This document shows positions 30,507 through 41,700 of a stretch of 48,658 bases of DNA, piece by piece (position 1 is the stretch's first letter; each line of letters opens with the position of its first letter). The translations under genes and the position numbers were made by a program. The DNA is taken from the NCBI GenBank assembly GCA_043803685.1, contig JAZDJU010000059.1:1-48658 (forward strand), written 5' to 3'. The notes below the pieces were generated by a model. The model saw only the letters and a program-made list of their open reading frames with translations, did no database searches and had not been told where the DNA came from. The stretch is from Candidatus Omnitrophota bacterium (GTDB lineage Bacteria > Omnitrophota > Omnitrophia > Omnitrophales > Aquincolibacteriaceae).

Positions 30507-30910
30507 TGATAAACCTTAAAAGAATATTATATTTGCTTGAATTCCTTTGAACTCTTCATAGCACCAGAGAGCTCAAAAAACAGCCCATTTTAAAGCCTAG
30601 AATTATCGATCCGAATAAACGATTTTATCACCACATTAAAAAGTATTTTTAAATGGCCGGAAAATTTCTCCCTCATTTTGCGCGTGGAAAAAGATGCGAT
30701 GTGAACAACAGGAGGAATAAAAACCACCGCGAGAAACGAAGCCTAATCCCCTTGAGCTTCACAATCGCCTCATAATCGCTTCACATCCTGATGCGATTAG
30801 AACCTCTAATCGTCGCATTTACAAACACGGAATAACAATCAGGATAAGCAGAGGCGTGAGATCCAATGGCTTTTTTCAATATTACGGACAATGAGTCGAG
30901 GCCTGTCGGC

Positions 30911-31702
30911 TCAGAAGAGCTTGAGGATTTCCTTGAAGGTGTTCCGTATTTCTTCGTTGATACTTCCCTCCTCGATCCATCCGCGGAGGAATGGCCGCAA
31001 CATAAGATATCCGGGCGAAGCGTTAGAAGAGAGATATTCGCGAATATTGTCGCGAAAAGCGTTGAAATATTCGTCCTTTTCAAAACCGGCCAAGGCCGCG
31101 AGAAGAGCCGCCTTATCGGGATGAAATTTGAGAATAAAATAGACATAGAACAAGTCCTTGTCCCGCTTGAACCCTTCGGAACGAATCACAAAGGTGATCG
31201 CCTTATGATAAAAAAAGATCTCGGGCGTAGGCACCTTGACGGTTAACAATTCATTCTTGACCTTGATCGGGACAGTCACCGTTTGCTTCAAAAGCAGCTC
31301 AAAAGCCTCGATCCTGTTGCAGGCGAGTTCACTTCCGAGAAAGCGGTTCAGGGTATCATCCGAGGTTTCAAAGGAAGTGATAAATTCAACCTTCAGTTTT
31401 ACAGCCTTTTTCTGGTAAATGAATTCGACGGGAAGCTCCTCGTCCTCACAGATCCGTTCCAGCGCATATCCGGCGGACTTGAGCTTTTCATAAACGGTGA
31501 CTTTGAATCGCCGGGTACCCGTCTCAAGAACTCCCAGATCGATATCGGTGGTGGTCGGGATCTCAGGGATCGGCTTCTTCCAAAGATAACGGGCATAGAG
31601 ATAAGGACACCAACCACCCACTACGACGATCTCGGGCAACACGTCCTTTAAGACTGCCAGCGTCTCTTGAAATCCGGATTCAAGCTTCTCAAGATCCGAC
31701 AA
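30911..31702 (-). CDS. AbiEii/GSU2403-like nucleotidyltransferase-fold toxin (type IV toxin-antitoxin / abortive infection), ~263 aa
   Basis: IVVVGGW...TTDIDL nucleotidyltransferase motif and HKAIT...KRDKDLFY. Likely TTG start at 31702 after GGGAGGGAGG, overlapping the upstream gene's stop; the track start at 31879 lies deep inside the upstream gene. Confidence 0.75.
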   Translation of the reverse strand: MSDLEKLESGFQETLAVLKDVLPEIVVVGGWCPYLYARYLWKKPIPEIPTTTDIDLGVLETGTRRFKVTVYEKLKSAGYALERICEDEELPVEFIYQKKAVKLKVEFITSFETSDDTLNRFLGSELACNRIEAFELLLKQTVTVPIKVKNELLTVKVPTPEIFFYHKAITFVIRSEGFKRDKDLFYVYFILKFHPDKAALLAALAGFEKDEYFNAFRDNIREYLSSNASPGYLMLRPFLRGWIEEGSINEEIRNTFKEILKLF

Positions 31703-32381
31703 AAGCGCCTCCCTCCCTTTTATAAAGAGAAACAAGGTGCTCGGCCTCTTCGGGTCCGGAGGGCGGAAATCCCATGAGGTCCAAATAGAGCTGCAGGTCC
31801 GAAACCGCGCGGTATCCTTTAATTTTCCTGGAGTCCCTGAAAACGGAGCCCCGGTAAAAAGGCATGGCAAAACAGACATTGCCTCCCTGGACGAGTTTCA
31901 AAAGGCCCGTCTGGATCTCCATTTCTTTAAGAAAGGAGGCAAAATGATCCCGCTCCAGGTCAAGATAAAGGAAGTGCCGCTCATCCTTAACATAAGTCTC
32001 GATCAACCGGCTTGCGCTAAAAAGCGTCAGGGCATAAGCGATCTTTTTATCTTCCAGATAGCGAACGCAAACTTTCAGAAGATCCGGTTTCGGATAAAAA
32101 TAAAAGGTCTGGAGATTCTTCTCGAAGGAATACTGGCTCGTCCAATCCTTGAGGAGTTTTTCTTTTCGGATCAAACGGCTATAGCTTCCCGGCCCCTTCT
32201 GCACCCGCTCCACATACCCCAAGGACTCCGCCTTCGCCAGAACCTCGCTAGCGAACCCCTTGGAAACGCCCCGCTTGGCAAAATCGAGGGTCGTCCATTT
32301 TCTGTCCGGCTCCTCCAGCATCCCTCGAAGGATGAGAGAAGAACGATCGCTGAAGATATTTTGCACGAGCTGTCGGGTCAT
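31689..32381 (-). CDS. AbiEi-family antitoxin / transcriptional regulator, ~230 aa
   Basis: N-terminal wHTH (WTTLDFAKRGVSKGFASEVLAKAESLGYV), LLKDW, and C-terminal VSDLQLYLDL...GPEEAEHL typical of AbiEi_2. Start moved to ATG 32381 because a promoter and a repeat lie within the track's longer 5' extension. Confidence 0.8.
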   Translation of the reverse strand: MTRQLVQNIFSDRSSLILRGMLEEPDRKWTTLDFAKRGVSKGFASEVLAKAESLGYVERVQKGPGSYSRLIRKEKLLKDWTSQYSFEKNLQTFYFYPKPDLLKVCVRYLEDKKIAYALTLFSASRLIETYVKDERHFLYLDLERDHFASFLKEMEIQTGLLKLVQGGNVCFAMPFYRGSVFRDSRKIKGYRAVSDLQLYLDLMGFPPSGPEEAEHLVSLYKREGGAFVGS

Positions 32382-32439
32382 ATGAGTATCTCGCTCATTG
32401 TTATGTCTCAATATATATCGAGAGTTACGATCTGTCGAG

Positions 32440-32467
32440 ACTATATATTTTGAATTATAACTGTCAA
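32440..32467 (-). promoter_or_regulatory. Sigma70 promoter of the AbiE-like operon with an overlapping inverted repeat
   Basis: TTGACA (32467-32462), 16-nt spacer, TATAGT (32445-32440). AATATATA (32410-32417) and TATATATT (32442-32449) form an inverted pair that may be an autoregulatory operator. Confidence 0.7.
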
Positions 32468-32496
32468 CGCGGATGGGGTCAATAGCTGAAGCGGAT

Positions 32497-32615
32497 GTCA
32501 TTGCGAGGAGCGATTTTTGCGACGCGGCAATCTCGCTTTTAAAACAGACTGTCCGCCAGAGGACGGATCCGTCCAATGTTTTATGGCGGACTTCACCCTT
32601 CGGGTTCGCAATGAC
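32497..32615. repeat. REP-like palindromic element (GTCATTGCGA...TCGCAATGAC) containing a nested TCCGCCA...TGGCGGA hairpin
   Basis: Perfect 10-bp terminal inverted repeat, internal GCGACGCGGCAATCTC and CTTCACCCTTCGGG, and an inner palindrome at 32552-32590. Confidence 0.75.
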
Positions 32616-32617
32616 GT

Positions 32618-32654
32618 AAAAAAAGACAGGCTACTTTATGAAAAGTAGCCTGTC
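32618..32654 (-). terminator. Intrinsic terminator downstream of giant B
   Basis: 13-bp perfect stem GACAGGCTACTTT/AAAGTAGCCTGTC followed by T7 on the minus strand. A T-run also follows on the plus strand, so it may be bidirectional. Confidence 0.75.
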
Positions 32655-32695
32655 CCCTTTTTGAGGTAGAATTGCCTGAACAAATACATTACGCC

Positions 32696-32726
32696 GAGGC
32701 ACCTATCCCCAAGGGATAGGTACTTC
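32696..32726. repeat. Short hairpin just past the giant B stop codon
   Basis: ACCTATCCC-CAA-GGGATAGGT, a perfect 9-bp stem with imperfect extension. Confidence 0.5.
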
Positions 32727-32751
32727 TGCGTGCGGATCCTTGGATGATCCG

Positions 32752-35700
32752 CTACGCAGAGGCCAGAACCTTCGCCTGGGCCGCGACATAGGTCGTCAGC
32801 TCCGCCATCAAGGCTTCCAGCCCACCAAGCTTCTCCACGGACACAAAGTGATAGCCCAATGACCAGATCGATTCATTCAGTAGTTTATCCGCCGCCAAAA
32901 GTGTGGAAGCGGTTTGCTTCAGCGGATCAGAAGCACCGACCACGCTCAAAAGATGCTTACGTGAACCGATCTTTTGGGTCACGACCGAATTCTCACGATC
33001 CGTAATAAGAGCCACGGATTTTCCGAACGGCGCCGCGCTATTATAGAAACCGGCAAAAGCTCCGACGAATTCGTTTTCATCGCCGAATGCCTGCACCTTA
33101 AAATTCTGCGGTAACGCTCCCTTCGCGCTCAACGCCGCAAGTTCCTTTTCGAACGCAGCAACCTCAGAAGCGTCTGCGATCAAGGCGAGCCTCACTTCGG
33201 ACCTTGCATTGTAAAGCGCAAAGGTCACCAAAGGCAGAACACTTGCCGCGTCCGGGATCCCCTGCCGCTGATCGATGACCATACGTTCCGTAGAAGCTGT
33301 CGCGAAGCGGCTAATGATCTTGCCAAACACCGGCCACTTGGTCGCAAAAGCTGACGGAACCACCGAGACTTGCTGATAATGAGCAGTACCGACGAAAAGC
33401 TGCGGCTTGATCTCCTCAGCAAACGCCGGAGCGCTCGAAACAAGCGGAGAAACAATCTTCTCCACCACGCCAAGCGCTACCCTGATCTTCGTACCCAAGC
33501 TACTTGTATTCGCCAACGAAACCTGAGAAACAACAGGCGTCTCAGTCCGGACTTCAGAGGGTGCGACATCTGCCTTGTCGCCATTCTCAGCACGGATGCT
33601 ACTACGTGCCTCCGAGCGGACGATAGTTATCTTTAGTTCACCTGGGACATCAACAACCTTATACCTATCATCAGTTCCAGGCCCAGGAAATGGCCCACCC
33701 CCCTTAGGCCAACCTTCATCCGTAACGGAGTTATCCTCTCCTTCGAGATGTGACTGTTCTTGCTCTTCCACATATGTAGCTTTTGTCTCTTCACCTCGCT
33801 CTAAATTGGCTTTGATAACCTGGATTGCTTCAGCATCTAATGCATTGTAGGAACCCATACCATAGCTGATCCATACAAAATACCTCTGCAACTGGATCAA
33901 ACGATCGTCCTTAATATCACGCAATGCACGAGCAGCGCTAGTGGGAGCATCCTTCAATGCATCAATCAACGCTGAAACGGCATTTTTTTCTTTATGTTTA
34001 CCAAGCAACTCGGCGGACATCGACCGGACATAGGCTGAAGCATCTGTAAGCGCGGCAATCAACCGTCCAGTTATCTTGGTGTCACCACACTGCCAAAGAG
34101 CTTCCGCAATTGCAAACCATACGGCTCCGTCTTTTTCTTTATCCAAAGCAACTGTCAAAACAGGAATGGCAGTGAAATCTTTTAAAACGGCCAGCGCCTC
34201 GGCAACAGCCTTTCTAACGAAAGCACTTTCATGCTCAAGTGCGGCAAGAAGCTCCGGAAGAGCCTTTTTATCACGCAGAATGCGAACAGCAGCAAGTTTG
34301 CGATTCACACCGCTATCATTGAATCTACCATCCCACCACTTGGGCTGGAGGTCCGACATCGCCTTCTGGAATTGCTTTTCCTGCGCGGGCGTCAACCGGA
34401 CTTCGGAACGGCTTCCGCCAGGGCCTCCAATTCCTTCCCAATAGCCCCTATCCTCATCATCATCCGAACTAACTGAATTACTCTCTGCGACTTCACGACG
34501 TTCCCTCTCCTTCCATGAATACTCGTTTAATGCCGTTGTGGCAACAGAACCTCCTATTTCCTGCAAAGCAGCCTCTACTGCATTCCGAACACTCTCTCTT
34601 GAATCCCCTAAGGCATCTATCAAAATAGGAACAGCTCGGAAATCCTTGCTTCTCCCAAGTGTTTCAGCCGCAGCAATCCGCCGCGATACACGTTTCCACC
34701 TCAAGTCGTATATAAAATTATATTCACGCCCATTAAACGACTCACCTAACAAAAAATAGTCGAGAAACAAACTTTCTTTTAATTCTTTTTTCGCTTTCTG
34801 AAATTCCGCTTCCGTCAGCCGGACCTCGGAACGGGATTCGGGGACAACTTTGGTTCCCGAAGCATCCTTGCGGTCCATGCCAGCAATCGAACGTATAAAG
34901 TTAAAAAACTTCAGAAAGACGAAACGATACACGCTCATTTCCAAGAAAAAGAGCGCGGTGATCCACGTGAACTGGAACAACAAGATGCCCAGAGTTAATT
35001 CACCTATAAAATATTTCAAATATTCGCCACAAGCCAGCCCGGCGAACAAGGCCATGTACCTGGCATCCCTGCTCAACCTGGCTTTGAGCGCCTGCTCACC
35101 GGTCAGTTCAGATCCGGACCGCTCGAAACGTTTATACCCGGATATCAAATAAAGGACCAAATACCCGTTAAGTCTGGTGAAAGTGATGACCGCCAACGCT
35201 GCAAAAACAGCGTTTAGAACGTGGGTATCGACCCCCATTAGCTGGAATTGAAAATGAGCCAGGTCCGGCATCGCGAATGCCGGAAACAGAAGGCTTGAGA
35301 CTGTCATGGTCTGCGGCTTGCGGTCTTCTATACGATTAAATTGCTTTTCCTGTGCGGGCTTCAGCCGAACTTCCGACCTCCCTTGTTTTTGAATTTCTTC
35401 ATACTTTTTCTTAAGAACTTCAACAACATCCATGGCCCGGTCGGAAAGCAGAAGGAGCGTCTTCCTGCTTTCGCTACCGTCACTTGTTGCCTCTGCCGCC
35501 TTTCGCAGGACGGGACGGATCTCCGCCGCGATTGATGAAGCCCCGTTTCCTTTTTTTAGTCCGATATAGATCAAACTTTGAATCTGCCCTAACCGAAGCT
35601 GAAGCACTACATCCATCAACTCTTTCTTCGCCTCACGCTGGTACGTCTCCGCAAAAGATCGCTGGTATCCCAATACCATCTCCACCCGCTCTACAGGGAC

Positions 35701-38700
35701 GATCGCCGTCTCGAATAGTTCGGAATACCACCGCTTGAGTGCGTCGGCAAATTCACCGCCACGGATACCTTGGAAGTCGTCATCACGAAGCGGTGGCGCC
35801 GTCCGAACCTCTTGACTGGAGCTCTCGCTGGAAGCATCGTCGGGTTCATTGGCCTGCCCTACAACATTTGCAGCGGAAGCGTTTTTCTTAAGAACTCGAG
35901 TTTTTAAATCATTCAGTTCTTGTGCGGATAATTGGTCGAGCGACTGTCGCGGCCCGATCTCAACATCGATGGCTTGCCACATTTGCCGTTCAGTTTCGAG
36001 ATGCGATCCCGGATTTGAAGCGAGAATTCTTTGGATCGCAGCATCCGGAAACCTCTCTTTAGTCACTCCATCCTGCGCTCTTGCGAAATCAAAAAAGGTC
36101 GACTTCGGATTCGTGAGTCGGAAAACCAGCATGGAATTTAAAAACGCTTCACGCTCCTGCGCAATGGCGGCATAGCCATCTAAGGAGGTGCGACCCTCAG
36201 GATAAGCCACTTGCCCGAGATGGGAAAGTTCATGGGCAAATGCGACAAGATTGCTCCCGCCCGGCTTCTTCTTCAAAAAGATCACCGGCAAAGAAACAGC
36301 CGGAAGATGCAAAGAATCGGTGATCAAATCCGCCATACGCCGATGATATTGTCCTTTAATCAAGGCGAAACCCGCCATTTCAGAGAACGTTGCGGGCAAC
36401 ATTTGGTATTCCCTTGACATGCGCACAATATTCTCATCATTATCCAAACGATAGGCATCCTCTTCGCCAATCAAAACAACATTGACCGCGTCCATCAATG
36501 GGAAAAAATTATTGAAAATTCGACCTGTCATACCGATTTCATTTCCAAATTCACGGGCGGTATATCGGACTTGGACCTGCGGTTCGATGCGAAATTGAGC
36601 GGGAAAACTCTCCTTCGCAGAAGGAGCGCTTAAAACCACGGCAAAAGCACCCGCGAGAAAGAAAAGCTTCAGAAAACTATGACGCACTTCAGAACGGGCA
36701 TTCTGGAGCATAAGGGGACGAAGACCCTGCGTCTCAAGAAGCACCTTGCCGTGACCCGATACTGGGAACACATCTCCTACGCTCGAATCCTGTCTCGACC
36801 CAATCTTATCGAAATTTCCCAAAGTCGCCATCCGAACCTCGGAACGGGATTTTTTGCTAGCTTCTCCCTCCGAACGGAGTCCGGGACCCTGGTTGTTTGT
36901 GACTTGGGATTCGACTTCGACACGAGTCAGGAGAGCGCTAAGAGTTTTCATGGCGTTCTCGACGTCGCTCCCCATCGGAACGGGCGCCGACAGCGGCTTA
37001 CCATCCTTGCCATTCTGGTTCGGCCAATTCTTTACTTTGCTCGCTTCGTCCAGCCCGACCTTGAGCCACGCCATGGCCTTTTCGTCAGACATCGAAGCGA
37101 TGTCGGGGATATAGGGCGTATAACTGACAAGCTCGATACCCGCCTCAGCAAGAGTCTTCCCTTCTTGTTTGGTGAACTCCACGACAAAAACGCCGGCCTG
37201 TTTAGCCTGCATCCACGGCATCCCCATCAGAAGGATCCTCTTGGCAGACGGCATTTCCTTCAAGATGATCGCCCTGGATTTCCAGAGGTTTTCGACAGTG
37301 CTGATCGACTCTTTTTCAATGAACTTCTCTTTCACCGGAACGCCCTTCGCCGCCATCTTGGCCGCAAAGTATTCGGCTTCCGTGATGCGACCGCCTTTTC
37401 CGTCAGGCTTATTCAGGGCCAGCAACACCTTTTCAGGCGGACCGTATTTGCCGCTCGTGATCACTTCCATCCCCTCGCTCCCGTTCAGGCGCAAAAGCTT
37501 CAAAAGCTCGGCCGCTTCTTCTGGAACTCTTTCATCTGCCGAGCCCAGCACCAAGCCCATATCAAACTTCATCCGGAGGAGATCCGTTTCCGTTATGGGC
37601 GTCCAGGTCCCGGTCTTCACGTCATATTTCGCGCGCTGTCCCAGCGCGTTCACAAGTGTCTGTCCCGCCTGATCCACGATCGCCCTCTCTGCCGGCGTAA
37701 AAGACCTCATCTCCGAGCGCTTGATGTGGGGGGCCAGGGTCTCGGCCACCACTTTGGGATCAAAGAGCACACGGTCTTCGAACTTGCCCTGCTCCCGTTT
37801 CGCCACCCGCTTCGCGACCACCGTCCGGGTCGGAAATTTTATAATGTGCTCATTGAGCTCGGGCCACCGGCTCTTGATCAGTTCCTTCTCTTCCCACATC
37901 AGCGCAATACCTCCGCGGCTCTTTTTGGCGGCGTCGGAAGCAGCTCCCACATCCGTACGGATCGAAAATTTGATCTGAGGGTACATCGCGTGGAGCAATA
38001 CGAAGAACTGAAGTTCGCGGAGAGCCTCCGCTCCCTGCTCGATAGAGAGACTGGTTTGCTCGCCCAGAAAGTCAAGAAAGACAGTCTTCGCCGCCGCTTC
38101 GTCCAATCGATCAGCACTCATTGCAGACGCGGCAGCATTGGCCTTGAGGATACTTTCCTTTTCTTCCAAAGCGGCAAGGATCAACCAGGCAACCTCGGAC
38201 GGCATGAGCGCACTGGGGTCTTCATCGATCTCACGAAGTTTCTTCGAAAGCCGTGACTGGGGATCATGCTTGTCTTTCTTCACAAGGGCCGCCAATTCCC
38301 CAAGCGAGGACTTCCTTTTCGCATCTTTAGACAGTAGCCGCACAGCTTCTTCCAAAGCGGCCTCATCCCAGAGTAACTTTTGCTTATCCTCCACGGAGTT
38401 CAAAGATCTCGCTTTGAACACTTCGTTAAATTCCCCACCTCCCAACATTCTTTCCACCTGCTTTTCAATTTCTTCTTTGACCTTCTCACGCGCGATCCGA
38501 TGATCCGGAACAGCGATCGCGATATCCGTGATCATATCGGTCAGGCGAAGATTTTTCGAGCGCTCCTTGATAGTCACCTCAAGGGTCTCCAAAAGCTCAT
38601 AAGGAGAATAGTTCGCGGTCTCATTGTCAAAGCTACCGTTCATCACCAGAATGACCCGCGCGCCGTTACCGCGCGCCGTCTGTAAAGCCTCCGGCATGCC

Positions 38701-41700
38701 CTGCACCATCAGGTGCGGCATGATGGACGTAAAATGACTTCCAGGGCCGATCAGGATCACATCCTGGGGTTTTGCCAGCCTGATAGACTCAAGAAGCGCA
38801 TGGTTGGGCTCAAGACGAACGGGCGCGGTCCCCCCGCGCAAAATATTCACGAACTCACCGAATCCATCCAGCAACCCGATCTTCAGGATCTTCGAAAGAT
38901 TGATGAGTTCCGTGATGTTCGTCTGTTTTTTGACAAAACGGCTCACCCAATACACGCGTGCGCCGGCTTTGCTTTCAAAAAGCGGTCCCTCCTTCACCTT
39001 CCCTGTCGCCTGATCCCACTCCCTGCCGGTCCCATCCGGCATCACGATCTTCACGTTCCCTTCGTCACTGGTGAAGGTGAGATTATCGGGATCACTGTCA
39101 TCCAATTTCCACAACTTGCCGTCCACCTGCAAAGCAATTCCGCCGAATTCAGCTGTGATCTCGATACCCTCTTCGATCCCGATCGTTCGCGATGCGTCGC
39201 CCGGTACCACCTCTTTCCTTCCAGGTTCCCCCTCCTTCAACATGGGCCTTGTGACCGACACAGTTCCATTCTCCCCTCGGGTGATCACCGCGGGATTCGG
39301 ATAGGCCGTCACCGGCTTTCCCGTCTTCGGGTCCGTACTCGGCATGCCGATCGCGAGCGTGTGGCCCTCGTATTCCGCGTACAACGTCTTGGGATCCAGA
39401 CTCGAGAGCGTCACTGAAAATTGCTCAGCCCCCGCCGCATCCACAGCCTCTTTCAGCGCCTGGTCATATTTCTTCTGCGCCTCCCGGCTGCCAAATGCGG
39501 GCTTATCTTTTTTCTTTTCGTCGGCCTCTGCAAACAACCCCTTATTCACCAGAAAACCAAGGAGATAAATATTCCGGATACTCTGACCGTTCACCTCGAT
39601 CAGCTTGGCTTTCTCGCCTTCCTGAAGTGTTTCGTTCCTGTTCTGGATCTCCCGATTAAGTTCGTCCACCTTCCGCACAGCTGCCAAAAGGATCCGGGCG
39701 AAATAAAAGAAATCCGGCTGAAGCTCTAAAGGCTGCGCCTCTATCCCGGCATCCGCGATAGTCCTGTGGATAAAAGGAAGCACCATTTCTTCGAATGTGG
39801 GATTTTTTCCCTTCTCCACCGAGATCCTGCCGCCATCACCCATCAGGTGGATCTTTTTATCGAGCGTCATCGCTCCGGAAGTAGCGTTCATAAGATCTCC
39901 CAAAGGCGGCGTGATCCCAAAACCGGCATCGTTCAAAGTCTTGATCAATTTCGCGGTGCTTCCCCCGTCATCGGTGTTTCCCACAACGCTTTTGATCCCC
40001 GCATGAGCGCGGATCCCGAGACTTTCAAGCACGGGCACCCAGAGCGTTCCCGACGAAGTGCCGCCCGTAATGGTAATGACCTGGGGTTTTTCTTTCGCAG
40101 CTTCCGGCATGTCCGCCCGGGTGGGATGCTCCGGAGAGAAATTGTCCCGGAATTTCAAAAGGTCCTCGATCTTTCCCCCTTCATTCCGTAGACTCTCCGT
40201 CAAAAGAAAGCTCAGACGCTCGAGAAGATATTCCTCACGCTTTTTTCCGTTCTTCCGGACTTTCTCCGCGTACCGGTTGCGCAACTGGATAATCTGCGTC
40301 GCATAATGTAGATCGGTGGTCAATGCCTCGACATTGCCGCCGACAACGCCCGCGTCCACAGCTTCCATGATCGCGCTTTCCACCACCCCGCTGAGAACCC
40401 AACCATTCGGCCTGTCAGTCGAGATCAGATCGTGGAAAAAAGGAGGCTGGGACCGGATACTCTCCAGCACTTCCAGAAGATCGGCCTGCCATTTTTGGTC
40501 CTGGGAACGCGCGAAGAGCGCCTGCGCCACATGCCGGAATCCCGAGAAATAAGCTTTATTTTTAAGAAGTCCTTCCAACTTTTCTTTAGCTTTGTTATCT
40601 TTCCCCTCGATCAACAAACCGCTGATGGTCGCGAATGCGCGGCCTTCGGACACCGTCAAGGGCCGGTACCCCACCCAACGAGGCTCCCCTTCGGTATCCC
40701 TGATCTTTTCCGCAAATTCGCGCTGACGCGCGGAGTCTTTAATACTGGCGGGAGTATCCCCGACATTCACAAATCGCGTCTGATATTGCGAACCGCTCGA
40801 AGCACCGGATGCCTTCAAATTCCGATCCGCGATCATTCCAAAAAGATTCCAGGCCAAGGCTTGGGTCTCCCCATTTTTGGGGTCAACCGTCCACATTCGC
40901 GTCAGATGCACATCGTCCATACCGTTCTTGGGATCATAGTCCGCGTACCCGCCGTTCAGATATTGCGCGTCAACATCTGTTTTGAGTTCGTACAAAAGAT
41001 CCGCCTGTACGATGGCCGTGTTCGAGGAGATGAGCAATTCCGCGCCTGAGCTTCCATTTTCCATCACCGCGAAATGGTTTCGGATAAATGCTTGTCGCTC
41101 TTTGTCTAGATCTTTCCAGTTTTTCAAATCTTTATTCACGGCCAACAACAGTTCCTGCGTCAAAACATATCCATCATCACTGATGCTGAAGTACTCGTTG
41201 TCTTTCTCCTCCCGGAGTTTTTGCACGGCACCCTTCAGCGCCTTGGGGTCCCCCTTCCGGAGAGATTCGAGTTTATTTTCAAGAACCGCCAGTTTTTCAC
41301 CGAACTCGGACCAGACCTTGTCATGTCTGGCACCCTTCATCTTCTTCCGGTGCGGGATAATGCCCCAGTCCGTGTAAAGAAGCAGTTGTTGGCCGTCCCC
41401 GTTAAAAAAGAAATTTCCTTTACCTTCGATCTTTCCATCTGACGGTTTGCCGCCAGCAACGGCTTGCGCGTCCTGGCCCAGGATCTCCAGATAGGTGATC
41501 AGTGAGGGGTTTGTAAGAGATCGATCGATCGCGGTCGACATCTCGCCGAACGCCACCTGGAAATAGGCTGTCTTTTTATTCCGGGTCTTCAGGATCGATG
41601 AAACCTGGACCAGGTGATCGCCATGCCCACCTTCGGGCGTCGTTTGAAAGATCTCGACCTCCTCGGGGTCAACGCCCAGGTACGACCTGACTTTTTCGGG

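Noticed and set aside
30781..31146. 121-aa minus-strand ORF overlapping the toxin 3' end
   Set aside because: Alternative-frame overlap with no motif or RBS support.
31703..31879. 5' extension of the toxin ORF given in the track
   Set aside because: It overlaps the antitoxin by about 190 nt, and a strong RBS precedes the TTG at 31702.
32382..32576. 5' extension of the AbiEi-like ORF given in the track
   Set aside because: It runs through a palindromic repeat and a near-consensus promoter; ATG 32381 is the more plausible start.
36679..38256. 525-aa plus-strand ORF and other ORFs overlapping giant B
   Set aside because: Antisense or alternative-frame shadows of the 4720-aa gene.
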